From Lachnospiraceae bacterium (GTDB lineage Bacteria; Bacillota; Clostridia; Lachnospirales; Lachnospiraceae), in assembly GCA_016288825.1 (NCBI GenBank), contig JAEELH010000061.1, positions 2,967 through 66,966 of the forward strand: a stretch of DNA of 64,000 bases, in the 5' to 3' direction. Made by a program: the position numbers and the translations under genes. Shown piece by piece: positions 18,456 to 31,862 of this stretch (positions are counted from its first letter, which is position 1; every line of letters starts with the position of its first letter). The notes under the pieces are model-generated. The model had not been told where the DNA came from. It saw nothing but the letters and a program-made list of their open reading frames with translations, and ran no database searches.

Positions 18456-18887
18456 TTACTTTCCACTGTATTTCTCTTCGCAATACCTACAGCGGTAGAT
18501 CTCGCGGTCCGGATCAGCGAGGAAAAATACCTGGTCAAGCTCCTGCTCGATGGATGTGATGCATCGGGGATTCTTGCACTTGATAACATTTTTGATCTCT
18601 TTTGGAAGAGACAGTCTTTTCTTGTCTACGATCTCATCATCACGGATGATATTAACAGTGATGTTGTGATCGATATATCCAAGGATATCCAGATCGATGG
18701 CATCGATGGGGCACTCGATCTTGATGATGTCTTTGGCACCCATCTTATTGCTTTTTGCGTTCATGATAATGGCCACGGTACAGCCCTCAAGATCACCCAG
18801 CTTCAGGTAATCATAGATCTTCATGCTCATGCCGGCCTTGATATGATCCAGAACGTATCCTTCATGTATTCCGCTTATGTTCAGCAT
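18456..18887 (-). CDS. pyrI: Aspartate carbamoyltransferase regulatory subunit
   Basis: [14 protein letters not shown], and Zn ligands CKNPRCIT and CRYCE. Confidence 0.93.
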   Translation of the reverse strand: MLNISGIHEGYVLDHIKAGMSMKIYDYLKLGDLEGCTVAIIMNAKSNKMGAKDIIKIECPIDAIDLDILGYIDHNITVNIIRDDEIVDKKRLSLPKEIKNVIKCKNPRCITSIEQELDQVFFLADPDREIYRCRYCEEKYSGK

Positions 18888-19807
18888 ATGCTACCCTCCA
18901 GTCCCAGAAGTGTTACGATAAGTGCCATGCGTATATATACGCCTTTTTTAGCCTGCGTGAAATACGCGGCTCTGGGATCGGAATCAACTTCAACTGAGAT
19001 CTCGTTGACCCTGGGAAGAGGATGGAGTACCAGCATATCATCTTTGGCAAGTTCCATCTTATCTTTATTAAGTACGTAAAAGTCTTTCATACGGAGGTAG
19101 TCTTCCTCATTGAAGAAACGTTCTCTCTGAACACGTGTCATGTAAAGGATATCCAATTCACCTATTGCATCCTCAAGACGTTCAACCTCTTTGAAGGGCG
19201 CACCTGCAGCCTTCAGCGTGTCATCTCTTATATATGAAGGAACACGAAGTTCATCAGGGGAGATCAAAACATAATTGATATTGGGATAACGTACCAGGGC
19301 ATTGATCAGAGAGTGGACGGTACGACCAAACTTAAGGTCACCGCAAAGCCCTATGGTAAGATTGGATAAGCTGCCCCGAAGGGATCGGATAGTGTAAAGA
19401 TCGGTAAGAGTTTGAGTGGGATGCTGGTGACCACCGTCGCCGGCATTGATAACGGGAATTCCTGAATGATTTGAAGCTACAAGCGGAGCACCTTCCTTGG
19501 GATGCCTCATAGCACAGATATCTGCGTAAGAAGAAATGACGCGTATGGTATCGGAAACGCTTTCACCCTTGGCTGCCGATGAAGAATCAGCACTGGAAAA
19601 ACCAAGGACGCTGCCTCCAAGATTCAACATGGCGGCTTCAAAGGAAAGTCTCGTGCGGGTACTGGGTTCGTAGAAACAGGTGGCAAGTTTTTTGCCTTGA
19701 CAAATGCTGGAGTATCTGTCCGGATTGGCTTCGATGTCAGCGGCCAGATCCATGAGCTTGTCAAGTTCTTCCACGGAAAAATCCATGGGGCTCATAAGAT
19801 GTCTCAT
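18881..19807 (-). CDS. pyrB: Aspartate carbamoyltransferase catalytic subunit
   Basis: [24 protein letters not shown] and HPLPR motifs. Confidence 0.97.
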   Translation of the reverse strand: MRHLMSPMDFSVEELDKLMDLAADIEANPDRYSSICQGKKLATCFYEPSTRTRLSFEAAMLNLGGSVLGFSSADSSSAAKGESVSDTIRVISSYADICAMRHPKEGAPLVASNHSGIPVINAGDGGHQHPTQTLTDLYTIRSLRGSLSNLTIGLCGDLKFGRTVHSLINALVRYPNINYVLISPDELRVPSYIRDDTLKAAGAPFKEVERLEDAIGELDILYMTRVQRERFFNEEDYLRMKDFYVLNKDKMELAKDDMLVLHPLPRVNEISVEVDSDPRAAYFTQAKKGVYIRMALIVTLLGLEGSIC

Positions 19808-19863
19808 AACAATCCTCTCTTGTAATATTTACAATGATTTCGAATGTGTTTAAACCGTAGTCA

Positions 19864-19905
19864 ATTGTATAAGAATTTTGTATTCTTTTCAAGGTGTGAT
19901 ATAAT
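19864..19905. promoter_or_regulatory. Overlapping divergent promoters for pyrBI and the murE operon
   Basis: Minus: TTGAAA-17-TACAAT (19892-19864); plus: extended TGaTATAAT at 19897-19905. Confidence 0.6.
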
Positions 19906-19949
19906 CATTTTTTAGTAAAACATATGTGTTTAATTGCAGGAGTAAAAAT

Positions 19950-21427
19950 ATGAGAGAATTATCTGAGTTACTTGAGAGACTTGATTATAGGATACTTCAG
20001 GGGAAGATCGAGGGGGACATCACGGATCTGGTTTATGATTCGAGAAAGGCAACTGCCGGATGCCTTTTTGTTTGCATTCCGGGAACCTCCGTGGATGGAC
20101 ATACATTTGCCGCACCGGTTGCTGATATAGGTGCAAAGGCCATCATAGTGGAGCATGAGGTGGATGTCAGGAGTGATGTGACCGTGCTTCAGGTCAGGGA
20201 TTCACGTGCAGCACTGGCCCAGCTTTCTGCGGCTTATTTTGATGATCCTTCAGAGAAGTTGTCCGTAATCGGAATCACCGGAACCAAGGGCAAGACTACT
20301 ACCACATACATGATCAAATCCATCCTGGAAAATGCGGGACACAAGGTAGGACTTATAGGAACTATTGAGGCCATCATCGGAGATGAGCACATTCCTGCAG
20401 CAAATACAACTCCCGAGTCCTATGTGGTTGAGGAGTACTTTTCAAAGATGGTTGCAGCCGGGCTGGATACCTGTGTTATGGAGGTTTCTTCCCAGGGACT
20501 TATGATGCACAGGGTAGATGGTGTCAAGTTTGAACTTGGTATTTTTACCAATATTGAGCCGGATCATATCGGACCCGGTGAGCACGCCGATTTTAATGAT
20601 TATCTCAATTGCAAAAAGAAACTTTTCAAAAAGTGTAAAAAGGGACTTTTCAATGCAGATGATCCCCATCTTGAGGATATACTTGAAGGTGCTACCTGCG
20701 AGGTGGAGACTTTCGGGTTTGCAAAGGACGCGGATTTCCGTGCTGAGAATATGGAACTTTGGAAGGACGGCGGTTCTCTCGGGGTTAAGTATGACGTGGC
20801 AGGAAAGGAGAGCTTCCCTGTAAGGATTCACGTGCCCGGAAGGTTTTCTGTTTATAATTCTCTTTCGGCAATTGCGGTTTGCCATCACTTCGGTGTAGAG
20901 GCTCAGGATATGCAGAAGGCACTGGCAGCAGCAAGGGTTAAGGGCCGCATAGAGATGATCCCGGTTTCGGACAATTATTCTCTTATGATCGATTATGCTC
21001 ATAATGCAATGAGTCTAAAGAGTCTGCTTACTACCATTAGAGAATACGAGCCTGCCAGGCTTGTGTGCCTTTTCGGATGTGGCGGTAACAGGAGTAAACT
21101 TCGCAGATATGAGATGGGTGAAGTTTCCGGTAATCTTGCGGATCTTACCATTATCACATCTGACAATCCCAGATTTGAAGAGCCCATGGATATCATCAGT
21201 GATATCAAGTTCGGTATCAACAAGACCAGCGGTGATTACGTTGAGATACCTGACAGAAAAGACGCCATCAAATACGCTATCGAAAACGGTCAGCCCGGAG
21301 ATGTTATAGTACTTGCGGGCAAGGGCCATGAGGATTATCAGGAGATTAAGGGCAAAAAGTACCCGATGGATGAGAGAGTTCTTATCAGAGAAGTTCTGGA
21401 GGAACTGGGACGAGAGGTCAGATTTTG

Positions 21428-21428
<1 letters not shown>
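19950..21428 (+). CDS. murE: UDP-MurNAc-tripeptide synthetase (meso-DAP type)
   Basis: GITGTKGKTT, NTTPE, MEVSS, IDYAHN, SDNPR and AGKGHEDYQ motifs. Confidence 0.95.
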
Positions 21429-23650
<2,222 letters not shown>

Positions 23651-23657
23651 GGTTAGT

Positions 23658-24152
23658 ATGGCTATCAGAGAAGTAAGGATTATGGGAGATCCCATACTTG
23701 CAAAAGAGTGCAGAACAGTTGAAAAGATGACGGACAGACTTCAGGTCCTCATCGATGATATGATCGAGACTATGAACGATCAGAACGGCGTTGGTCTTGC
23801 AGCACCGCAGGTTGGCGTCTTAAGACGTATTGCGGTTGTTGATATCGGAGATGAAAACGGAACGATCATCATGATCAATCCCGAGATCATTGAGTCAGAT
23901 GGTGAGCAGTGCGGACCTGAGGGATGCCTTTCTCTTCCCGGGAAGCAGGGAGAGGTTAAGCGCCCCAATCATGTAGTGGTTTCAGCGCTTGACAGAGAAA
24001 TGAAGCCTATCACCATCGAGGGAACGGAACTTCTTGCAAGGGCACTTTGTCATGAGATAGATCATCTGTCGGGCCATATGTATACTGAACTTGTAGAGGG
24101 CCCTCTTACAGATGTTGAGTATGCTGATGACGATGAGGAGGAGCAGGAGTAA
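23658..24152 (+). CDS. def: Peptide deformylase
   Basis: GVGLAAPQ, EGCLS and HEIDH motifs. Confidence 0.96.
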   Translation: MAIREVRIMGDPILAKECRTVEKMTDRLQVLIDDMIETMNDQNGVGLAAPQVGVLRRIAVVDIGDENGTIIMINPEIIESDGEQCGPEGCLSLPGKQGEVKRPNHVVVSALDREMKPITIEGTELLARALCHEIDHLSGHMYTELVEGPLTDVEYADDDEEEQE

Positions 24153-24154
24153 TC

Positions 24155-25135
24155 ATGAGGATCATTTTTATGGGCACGCCGGATTTTGCGGTGGGAAGCC
24201 TTCAGGCCCTTTCAGATGCCGGACATGAGATAGTTCTGGTGCTCACCCAGCCTGACAGACCCAAGGGTCGTGGCGGAGCTCTCACCATGTCTCCGGTTAA
24301 GGAGTGGGCCATCAAGCATGATGTACCCGTCTATCAGCCTGAGAGGATAAGGGATCCTGAGGCCATGGAATACCTTAGGGAATACGAGTCCGATATCGGA
24401 GTTGTTGCGGCTTTCGGTCAGATCCTTCCCAAGGAAGTTCTGGATATGCCTGCTCATGGATGTGTTAATGTACATGCGTCCCTCCTTCCTAAGTATAGGG
24501 GAGCGGCTCCGATCCAGTGGGCTATCCTCAATGGGGATGAGGAGACCGGAGTTACCATAATGCAGATGGATGTGGGCCTTGATGACGGAGACATTATCTC
24601 ACAGGAAAAGATAGCTATCAGCCCGGATGATACAGGTGGCAGTCTTTTTGATAAGCTTTCGGAGCTGGGAGGAAGACTGCTGGTAAGTACGCTTTCGGAC
24701 ATTGAAAAAGGCGTTGCGGTCCGTACACCTCAGGATGGAGATAAGGCCACTAAGGTGGGCATGATCAAAAAGGATCTTGGAAAGCTTGATCTTTCAAAGA
24801 GTGCAGTAGTCCTTGAGAGGTACATAAGAGGCCTGTCACCCTGGCCCGGGACTTACACGAATCTGGGCAGTGATACCATCAAGATCCACAGAGCCTTTGT
24901 TCTTTCATCTAATAGCGAGGTAGATCTTAGCGGAGCAAGACCGGGAGAGATACTGTCGGCAAAGAATGAGTATTCACAACTTTTGTCCGCCGGCGAGCGG
25001 GATAAGGTGATCCTTGTCATGACAGGTGACGGTGTCCTTGCCATTACGGAGCTTCAGCTTCAGGGTAAAAAGAGGATGTCGGCAGCAGACTTTTTGAGGG
25101 GGCACAAATTAGGACCCGATACGATTTTAGGATAG
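24155..25135 (+). CDS. fmt: Methionyl-tRNA formyltransferase
   Basis: FMGTPDFA and NVHASLLPKYRGAAPIQW motifs. Confidence 0.96.
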   Translation: MRIIFMGTPDFAVGSLQALSDAGHEIVLVLTQPDRPKGRGGALTMSPVKEWAIKHDVPVYQPERIRDPEAMEYLREYESDIGVVAAFGQILPKEVLDMPAHGCVNVHASLLPKYRGAAPIQWAILNGDEETGVTIMQMDVGLDDGDIISQEKIAISPDDTGGSLFDKLSELGGRLLVSTLSDIEKGVAVRTPQDGDKATKVGMIKKDLGKLDLSKSAVVLERYIRGLSPWPGTYTNLGSDTIKIHRAFVLSSNSEVDLSGARPGEILSAKNEYSQLLSAGERDKVILVMTGDGVLAITELQLQGKKRMSAADFLRGHKLGPDTILG

Positions 25136-25137
25136 AT

Positions 25138-26460
25138 ATGAAAGAGAGTACGAAATTTGACCCCAGAGGGTCAGCTCTTGATACTATTATAGATGTTTGT
25201 GAAAAAGGAGAGTACCTGGGAAGGTTACTCTCCAGTATTTTGAGCAAAGCTTCCGGAGCGGATAAAAGAGACAGGGCGCTGTATACCAGGATAGTATGCG
25301 GGACTGTGGAGAGACTTTTGACTATCGACAGCGTGATAGATTCATATTCTTCCAGACCTGTGAGAAAGCAAAAGCCTGTTATACGTAGCGTGCTTCGGAT
25401 GAGTGTTTTTCAGATCCTTTACATGGACCACATACCTGATCGGGCTGCCTGCAATGAAGCGGTAAAACTTGTTTCAAAAAGGCATATGTCCGGACTTGGG
25501 GGATTTGTTAACGGTGTCCTTCGTCAGATCGTCAGGGAAAAGGAAGCCGGAAAATTGGACTATATTTTATCCCCGGATCTTGATAAGGCAGATAATAAAA
25601 AGAGAGCAACACTCCTTTCCGTTCCAGAATGGATACTCGAGGAGTACGATAAGGTTTTTGGTAAGACCAAATCCACAGAGGCCATGCTGTCTATGTTTGA
25701 AAGGGGAGGCACCGCATCTCTTCGCGCCAATACACTGGGCTGTGATCCGGATGGATTATGGAACAGTATGGAGGAGGCAGGCGTTAATGTAGAGCGTACG
25801 AGACTACCTTATGCTGCAGTTATAAGCGGCTTCGATAAGATAGAAGCTTTACCGGGATATGAAAGAGGGGATTTTTATGTTCAGGACCTCTCTTCTATAG
25901 AAGCAATAGCTTCGGCAGGCATAAAAGAGGGGGAGCGGATACTTGATATGTGCGCGTCTCCCGGAGGAAAGAGCTTCGGAGCGCGTATGCTTTCCGGCGA
26001 CGGAGGAAGTGTAATATCCTGTGATGTCAGCGAGCAAAAGGTGTCCGATATCAGAGAAAATATGTCTCGTCTCGGACTGGGGGGAATAATGGCTGTATGC
26101 CATGACGCTACTGAACACAATAGTGATTGGGACGGTGGATTTGATCTGGTGATATGTGATCTGCCTTGCTCGGGACTTGGAACCTTTGCCAAAAAGCCGG
26201 AGCTAAGGTATCGGGTAATACCGTCAGATATTAAAGAGCTTGCTGCACTTCAGAAGCAGATCCTGGATGTGGCAGCAAACTATGTAAAGCCCGGGGGACG
26301 TCTGATGTTTTCGACCTGTACCATTACCAAGGCAGAAAACATGGACAACCGTGAGCGTTTTTTGAAAGATCACCCGGAGTTCTCACCCGGTGATGAGCGG
26401 CTTATAGTACCGGATATCAGGCATGACGGATTCTATTATTCCATGTTTTTGAGAAAGTAG
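25138..26460 (+). CDS. rsmB: 16S rRNA m5C967 methyltransferase
   Basis: NusB-like N-terminus; DMCASPGGKS, DLPCSGLG and STCT motifs. Confidence 0.92.
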   Translation: MKESTKFDPRGSALDTIIDVCEKGEYLGRLLSSILSKASGADKRDRALYTRIVCGTVERLLTIDSVIDSYSSRPVRKQKPVIRSVLRMSVFQILYMDHIPDRAACNEAVKLVSKRHMSGLGGFVNGVLRQIVREKEAGKLDYILSPDLDKADNKKRATLLSVPEWILEEYDKVFGKTKSTEAMLSMFERGGTASLRANTLGCDPDGLWNSMEEAGVNVERTRLPYAAVISGFDKIEALPGYERGDFYVQDLSSIEAIASAGIKEGERILDMCASPGGKSFGARMLSGDGGSVISCDVSEQKVSDIRENMSRLGLGGIMAVCHDATEHNSDWDGGFDLVICDLPCSGLGTFAKKPELRYRVIPSDIKELAALQKQILDVAANYVKPGGRLMFSTCTITKAENMDNRERFLKDHPEFSPGDERLIVPDIRHDGFYYSMFLRK

Positions 26461-26498
26461 TGTGGCGCTAGCAAAATTTCATTAAGAAGGAAAGATAG

Positions 26499-27521
26499 AT
26501 GGATATAAAAAGCTTACCATATGAAAAGTTACAGGAATACGTCACACAGGAGCTGGGAGAGAAGCCCTTCCGCGCAAAGCAATTATACGAGTGGCTGCAT
26601 GTTCATCTGGCTCGAAGCTACGACGAGATGACCAATCTTTCCAAACAGCTTAGAGAAAGGCTGGCTGCCGAGGCACCTCTTACCACATTGGAAAAACTGG
26701 AGTGTCAGATCTCAACTGAAGATGGTACACGCAAGTACCTTTTCGAACTTCCTGATGGTGAGGCTATCGAGTCTGTTCTTATGAGATATCATCACGGCAT
26801 ATCTGTCTGTATTTCATCACAGGTTGGCTGCCGCATGGGCTGCAGGTTTTGCGCTTCTACTGTAGACGGGTTGGTGAGGAGCCTGGAGCCGTCGGAGATG
26901 CTGGATCAGATCTATTCTATCCAGAGGGATACGGGAGAACGCGTAAGCAATGTGGTTGTTATGGGAATGGGTGAGCCCCTTGAAAACTATGATAACCTTT
27001 TGACTTTTTTAGGTATGATATCAGATCCGAGAGGACTTAATATCAGCGCCAGAAATATTACGGTGTCCACCTGCGGGATAGTGCCTGCGATTTATGATCT
27101 GGCAGAGAAAAAACTTCAGATTACCCTGGCACTTTCACTTCATGCGCCGGATCAGGAAACCCGTAAAAAACTTATGCCCGTGGCAAATAAGTACGATCTT
27201 TCCGAGGTGATGAAAGCAGTGAGGCATTACGGTGATGTGACCGGAAGACGAGTGACGGCAGAGTATGCCATTGTCTCAGGGCAAAACGACAGCGATGAGG
27301 ATGCTAAAAAGTTGGGAGCTCTTTTGGGCGGCAGCGGGATACATCTCAATCTCATCCCCGTCAATCCCGTGACGGAGAGTGGCTTTGTGCCGCCGAGCCG
27401 CAAGGAGGCGGAGCTCTTTAAAAATAAACTTGAAAAATACGGGATAAATGTTACTATTAGAAGGGAAATGGGCAGGGATATTGACGGAGCCTGCGGTCAG
27501 CTTAGGCGTCGCAGGAAATAA
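26499..27521 (+). CDS. rlmN: 23S rRNA m2A2503 radical-SAM methyltransferase
   Basis: CRMGCRFC, MGMGEP, SLHAP and GACGQL motifs. Confidence 0.96.
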   Translation: MDIKSLPYEKLQEYVTQELGEKPFRAKQLYEWLHVHLARSYDEMTNLSKQLRERLAAEAPLTTLEKLECQISTEDGTRKYLFELPDGEAIESVLMRYHHGISVCISSQVGCRMGCRFCASTVDGLVRSLEPSEMLDQIYSIQRDTGERVSNVVVMGMGEPLENYDNLLTFLGMISDPRGLNISARNITVSTCGIVPAIYDLAEKKLQITLALSLHAPDQETRKKLMPVANKYDLSEVMKAVRHYGDVTGRRVTAEYAIVSGQNDSDEDAKKLGALLGGSGIHLNLIPVNPVTESGFVPPSRKEAELFKNKLEKYGINVTIRREMGRDIDGACGQLRRRRK

Positions 27522-27556
27522 AAGAGACACGACGGGCCCATTTTCGGAGGAGTTTT

Positions 27557-28315
27557 ATGTTTTATTATTGTCTTACGGACATAGGTAAAAAGAGAGAGAT
27601 CAATGAAGACTATCTCTTTGCATCAGACAGTGCGGTAGGACCACTTCCGGATATCTATATTGTTGCAGACGGTATGGGCGGAGCCAATGCCGGAGAGTAT
27701 GCATCGGAGCATACCGTGAGAGGAGTGCTGGATCAGATTTCCACAGTAAGCGCTCTTCCGGGAGGCGATCCGGTGGCAGGTGTGGCAGGAGTCCTTCAGG
27801 ATGCCATCGTTGCTACCAACAGGCAGATCAATCTCATTGCAGATACGGATCCGGACAAGAGTGGTATGGGTACCACCCTGGTGGTTGCCGTGATCTATGA
27901 GGATCATCTGATAATTGCCAATGTAGGTGATTCCAGATGTTATGCGCTGGCAGGTGAGGACCTTAAGCAGCTCACCATTGACCACTCCTATGTTGAGGAG
28001 ATGGTTCGTCGGGGCGAGATGACTCCCGAGATGGCCAGGGTATCCAAGTATAAAAACCGTATAACAAGGGCCATAGGTGCAGAACCTGAGGTCCAGGTTG
28101 ATTTCTTTGATGTAAAGCTGGATGGGATAAGCAGGATCCTTTTGTGTACAGACGGCCTTACCAATATGCTTACGGATGATCAGATCGAGGAGATACTCGC
28201 TGACGGAACATCCGTTAAGAGGCAGACGGAAAGGCTGCTTTCTGATGCTCTTTTAGCAGGAGGTCTTGATAATATTACTATCATGAATATTGATCCGCGA
28301 GGAGGTTTATTATAA
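27557..28315 (+). CDS. PP2C-type Ser/Thr phosphatase (Stp1/PrpC)
   Basis: NED, VADGMGG, GMGTT, NVGDSR, CTDGL and GLDNIT motifs. Confidence 0.93.
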   Translation: MFYYCLTDIGKKREINEDYLFASDSAVGPLPDIYIVADGMGGANAGEYASEHTVRGVLDQISTVSALPGGDPVAGVAGVLQDAIVATNRQINLIADTDPDKSGMGTTLVVAVIYEDHLIIANVGDSRCYALAGEDLKQLTIDHSYVEEMVRRGEMTPEMARVSKYKNRITRAIGAEPEVQVDFFDVKLDGISRILLCTDGLTNMLTDDQIEEILADGTSVKRQTERLLSDALLAGGLDNITIMNIDPRGGLL

Positions 28316-30306
28316 TGATTTCAAATGGAACATTTCTCGGTAACAGATACGAGATAATAGAAAAGATAGGCGCAGGCGGCATGTCTGACGTATATCGTGC
28401 CAAAGATCATTCCCTGGGACGCGACGTAGCTATCAAGGTCCTTAAAAGTGAGTTTGCAGATGATGCAGGCTTTGTGACCAAGTTCAGAGCAGAGGCGCAG
28501 TCAGCTGCAGCTCTGGAGCATCCCAATATCGTCAATATTTATGATGTAGGCAGCGAGGACGGTCTTTATTACATTGTTATGGAGTATGTTGAGGGTATCA
28601 CTCTCAAGACATACATTTCTAAAAAGGGAAGACTCGGTTTCAACGAGGTCCTTTCCATTGCGATCCAGGTTGGAAGAGGTATCGAGGCAGCTCATAACAA
28701 GGGTATCGTTCACAGAGATATCAAGCCTCAGAATATCATTATTTCCAAGGAGGGTAAGGTCAAGGTGACCGATTTCGGTATCGCCAGGGCCGCTACCAGC
28801 AATACCATTCATGCGGATATCATGGGCAGCGTCCATTACTCATCTCCCGAGCAGGCCAGGAACGGATACGTGACTTACCAGTCAGATATCTATTCTCTGG
28901 GTATCGTTATGTACGAGATGTGTACCGGACGGGTACCTTTTGACGGAGACACCACTGTTGCGGTTGCCATCCAGCATCTTCAGTCTGAGATGACACCTCC
29001 CAGCAAGATCGTTCCGGATATTCCGGTGGCAGTGGAGCAGATCATCAAAAAGGCTACCATGAAGAGCCCTGATAGAAGATATGCATCTATAGGAGACCTT
29101 TTATCAGATCTTAAGATGGCACTTGTCAATCCCAATGACAACTTTGTAGTCATACCCGAGATAGGAGAGGTAGACAGGACAAAGGTCATTACGCCTGATG
29201 AGGTAGCCCAGATCCAAAAGGCCGCTGCAGCACCTGTTGTATCAGAAAAAGTTAATGTTTCGGCACCGGAGCCCGACGAAGATGACGAGGATGACGGCGT
29301 AGTTAATCCGAAACTGGACAAGGCCATCACCATCATGGGTGTGGTTGTGGCTGTTGTGATCGTTCTGATCCTGGTTTATGTTGTAGGCGGATTCCTGGGA
29401 CTCTGGAGATATGTACCTTCAGGCTCCAAGAGCGGAGAAGACACAGAAGTAGTCAGCGAGGACGAGGGAGTTGAAGTTCCTGATCTTCTCGGAATGACCG
29501 AGGAGGAGGCTAAGGCTGCTCTTAAGGAACTTGAGCTTGGCTACAAGAAGATCGGAGAGGTTTCCTCTGATGAATACGAGGCTGGTCAGATCTGTCAGCA
29601 GTCTCACGGTGGAGAGACGGTTGAAAAGAATACGACCATCGAGGTTATGATCTCCAATGGCAAGGGCGATATTCAGGTTCCCGATGTTGTTGGCAAGGAT
29701 CTGGAGACAGCGATCACACTTCTTCGTGATGCAGGCTTTAACTACAACCCTACATATGAATTCAGTGAGGATGTTCCTCAGGGCAAGATCATTTCCCAGT
29801 CCCCTGAAGCAGGAGGAAGTGGAAAAGAGGGAGACCTTATAACACTGGTAGTAAGTCAGGGTATTGAGTCTGTCAAGATACCTTCACTTTCCGGTATGAC
29901 GGAAAAGGAGGCTAAAAAGGCTCTTGAAAATGCATCACTTAAGCTTGGCAATGTTACCAAGGAGTCTTCCGACTCAGTTGCATCAGGCAAGGTAATAAGC
30001 CAGGATCCTTCCAGTGGATATGCCGATGCAGGAAGCTCTGTTAATATCGTTATCAGTACAGGCCCGGAGAAGACATACTACAGCTTCACCGAGGAGTACG
30101 ATCCTGATGATTACGGCGTAGACGAGCTTTACATCGTGCTCAAGGACGGCAATGGCAATACAGTTGCGACCTGGACCGTCAAGAGTGCAAAAGAGGTCAA
30201 TGTCGGAGATATCGAGACAGCCAGCGGTAAGATCTACATTTATGACAACGACGACCATGATACTCTTCTCACAGGCGAAGAGAGCGTAAGCTTCGACAAG
30301 CAATGA
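28315..30306 (+). CDS. pknB: PASTA-domain Ser/Thr kinase (PknB/PrkC)
   Basis: IGAGGMS, HRDIKPQN, TDFGIA, TM helix and three PASTA repeats. Confidence 0.95.
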   Translation: MISNGTFLGNRYEIIEKIGAGGMSDVYRAKDHSLGRDVAIKVLKSEFADDAGFVTKFRAEAQSAAALEHPNIVNIYDVGSEDGLYYIVMEYVEGITLKTYISKKGRLGFNEVLSIAIQVGRGIEAAHNKGIVHRDIKPQNIIISKEGKVKVTDFGIARAATSNTIHADIMGSVHYSSPEQARNGYVTYQSDIYSLGIVMYEMCTGRVPFDGDTTVAVAIQHLQSEMTPPSKIVPDIPVAVEQIIKKATMKSPDRRYASIGDLLSDLKMALVNPNDNFVVIPEIGEVDRTKVITPDEVAQIQKAAAAPVVSEKVNVSAPEPDEDDEDDGVVNPKLDKAITIMGVVVAVVIVLILVYVVGGFLGLWRYVPSGSKSGEDTEVVSEDEGVEVPDLLGMTEEEAKAALKELELGYKKIGEVSSDEYEAGQICQQSHGGETVEKNTTIEVMISNGKGDIQVPDVVGKDLETAITLLRDAGFNYNPTYEFSEDVPQGKIISQSPEAGGSGKEGDLITLVVSQGIESVKIPSLSGMTEKEAKKALENASLKLGNVTKESSDSVASGKVISQDPSSGYADAGSSVNIVISTGPEKTYYSFTEEYDPDDYGVDELYIVLKDGNGNTVATWTVKSAKEVNVGDIETASGKIYIYDNDDHDTLLTGEESVSFDKQ

Positions 30307-31172
30307 GAGGAAGGATAGTAAAAGCCCTTTCAGGGTTCTACTATACTAAGTCCGAGGACGGACTTATATACTCCTGCCGGGCCAGAGGAAAGTTCCGCAA
30401 GGACGACCTTCATCCGCTGGTAGGAGATGTATGCGATTTCGACATTACAGACGAAAAGGATCTGGAGGGCAGTATTACTTCAATCTGCCCCAGGACCAGC
30501 GAATTATCCAGGCCGCCTGTGGCCAATCTTGATCAGGCGGTTGTGGTTTTTGCGGTCAAATCGCCGGATCCCAGCATCTATCTTTTGTCTAAGTATCTGG
30601 TGATGCTTGAAAAACGAGGGATCGATGCGATAGTAGTATTTCAGAAAAGTGATCTGGATGAGGATGATGCATGCCGTGACCTGGCAGCTGTTTTTGAAAG
30701 CGCCGGATACAGGGTATGTGTCATTTCTGCGCTTGTGGGAAGCGGTTTGGACGAACTGCGTGATCTGCTCAGGGGCCATGTTTCCACTGTTGCCGGTCCA
30801 TCCGGAGCGGGAAAGTCCACATTGATCAACGCCCTTTGCGGCAGAGACATTGCAGCTACGGGAAGTGTTTCTGAAAAGACCGGAAGAGGAAAGCAGACTA
30901 CAAGACATACGGAGCTTATCGAGATCGAAAAGGATACCTTTTTATTTGATACACCCGGTTTTTCCGCGGTGGATATAGGTGACGTGAAGCCTGAGGAATT
31001 GGGAGGATTGTTTCCCGAGTTTTCGGATGTTGGAGACTGTTATTTCAGAGGCTGCTCCCATAGGAGCGAGCCCGGCTGCGCAGTCAAGGATGCTCTGGAT
31101 CGGGGTGTGATCCATCCTGCCAGATATGAAGCGTACACCATGATCTACGACGAACTGTTAAAGAAGCACTGA
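30303..31172 (+). CDS. rsgA: Ribosome small subunit-dependent GTPase
   Basis: GPSGAGKST, GKQTTR, DTPGF and C-x4-C-x-H-x5-C motifs. Confidence 0.95.
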   Translation: MRGRIVKALSGFYYTKSEDGLIYSCRARGKFRKDDLHPLVGDVCDFDITDEKDLEGSITSICPRTSELSRPPVANLDQAVVVFAVKSPDPSIYLLSKYLVMLEKRGIDAIVVFQKSDLDEDDACRDLAAVFESAGYRVCVISALVGSGLDELRDLLRGHVSTVAGPSGAGKSTLINALCGRDIAATGSVSEKTGRGKQTTRHTELIEIEKDTFLFDTPGFSAVDIGDVKPEELGGLFPEFSDVGDCYFRGCSHRSEPGCAVKDALDRGVIHPARYEAYTMIYDELLKKH

Positions 31173-31189
31173 TTATAGGAGAAGATTTA

Positions 31190-31843
31190 ATGTTTTGTTT
31201 ATCACCATCTATTCTTTCTGCAGATATGGCAAGACTTGCCGATGAGGTAAAGACGGTTGATGAGGCCGGTGCCCAGTATATCCATATCGATATCATGGAT
31301 GGGGCTTTTGTACCCAATATCACCTTCGGTATTCCTGTGGTTGGTGCACTTCGTCCGGTTACGGACAAGATACTTGATGTTCATCTGATGGTAGAGGAGC
31401 CGGAGAGATTTGTTGCACCTCTTTCCAGTGCAGGTGCAGATATCATTACCGTTCACGCAGAGGCATGCAAGCATCTGGACAGGACAGTTGCGGCCATCAA
31501 GGCGGCAGGTGTCATGGCAGGAGTAGCACTTAATCCTGCTACGTCACTTTCGGTGCTGGATGAGATCCTGCCTCAGCTCGATATGGTACTAATCATGTCG
31601 GTGAATCCGGGAGTAGGCGGTCAGACACTTATTCCTTATACAATAGAAAAGATAAGAAAGCTTAGAGAGATCATTAAGCACAGGGGACTTTCCGTGGATG
31701 TTGAGATCGATGGAGGTGTTTGCTCAGAGAATCTTGAGATGGTTATGGATGCCGGCGCCAATATCATAGTGGCGGGAAGCGCCATCTTTGATGGATCGGC
31801 TACGGCAGACAATGTGAGTGATTTTTTGTCTAGAATGAATTGA
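31190..31843 (+). CDS. rpe: Ribulose-phosphate 3-epimerase
   Basis: SPSILSAD, HIDIMDG, DVHLMV, MSVNPG and IDGG motifs. Confidence 0.96.
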   Translation: MFCLSPSILSADMARLADEVKTVDEAGAQYIHIDIMDGAFVPNITFGIPVVGALRPVTDKILDVHLMVEEPERFVAPLSSAGADIITVHAEACKHLDRTVAAIKAAGVMAGVALNPATSLSVLDEILPQLDMVLIMSVNPGVGGQTLIPYTIEKIRKLREIIKHRGLSVDVEIDGGVCSENLEMVMDAGANIIVAGSAIFDGSATADNVSDFLSRMN

Positions 31844-31862
31844 GTATGTATGGCCGAACGGC

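Noticed and set aside
24900-25010. Apparent short insertion in the Fmt C-terminal domain
   Set aside because: In-frame, in a variable loop region, with no intein or repeat signature
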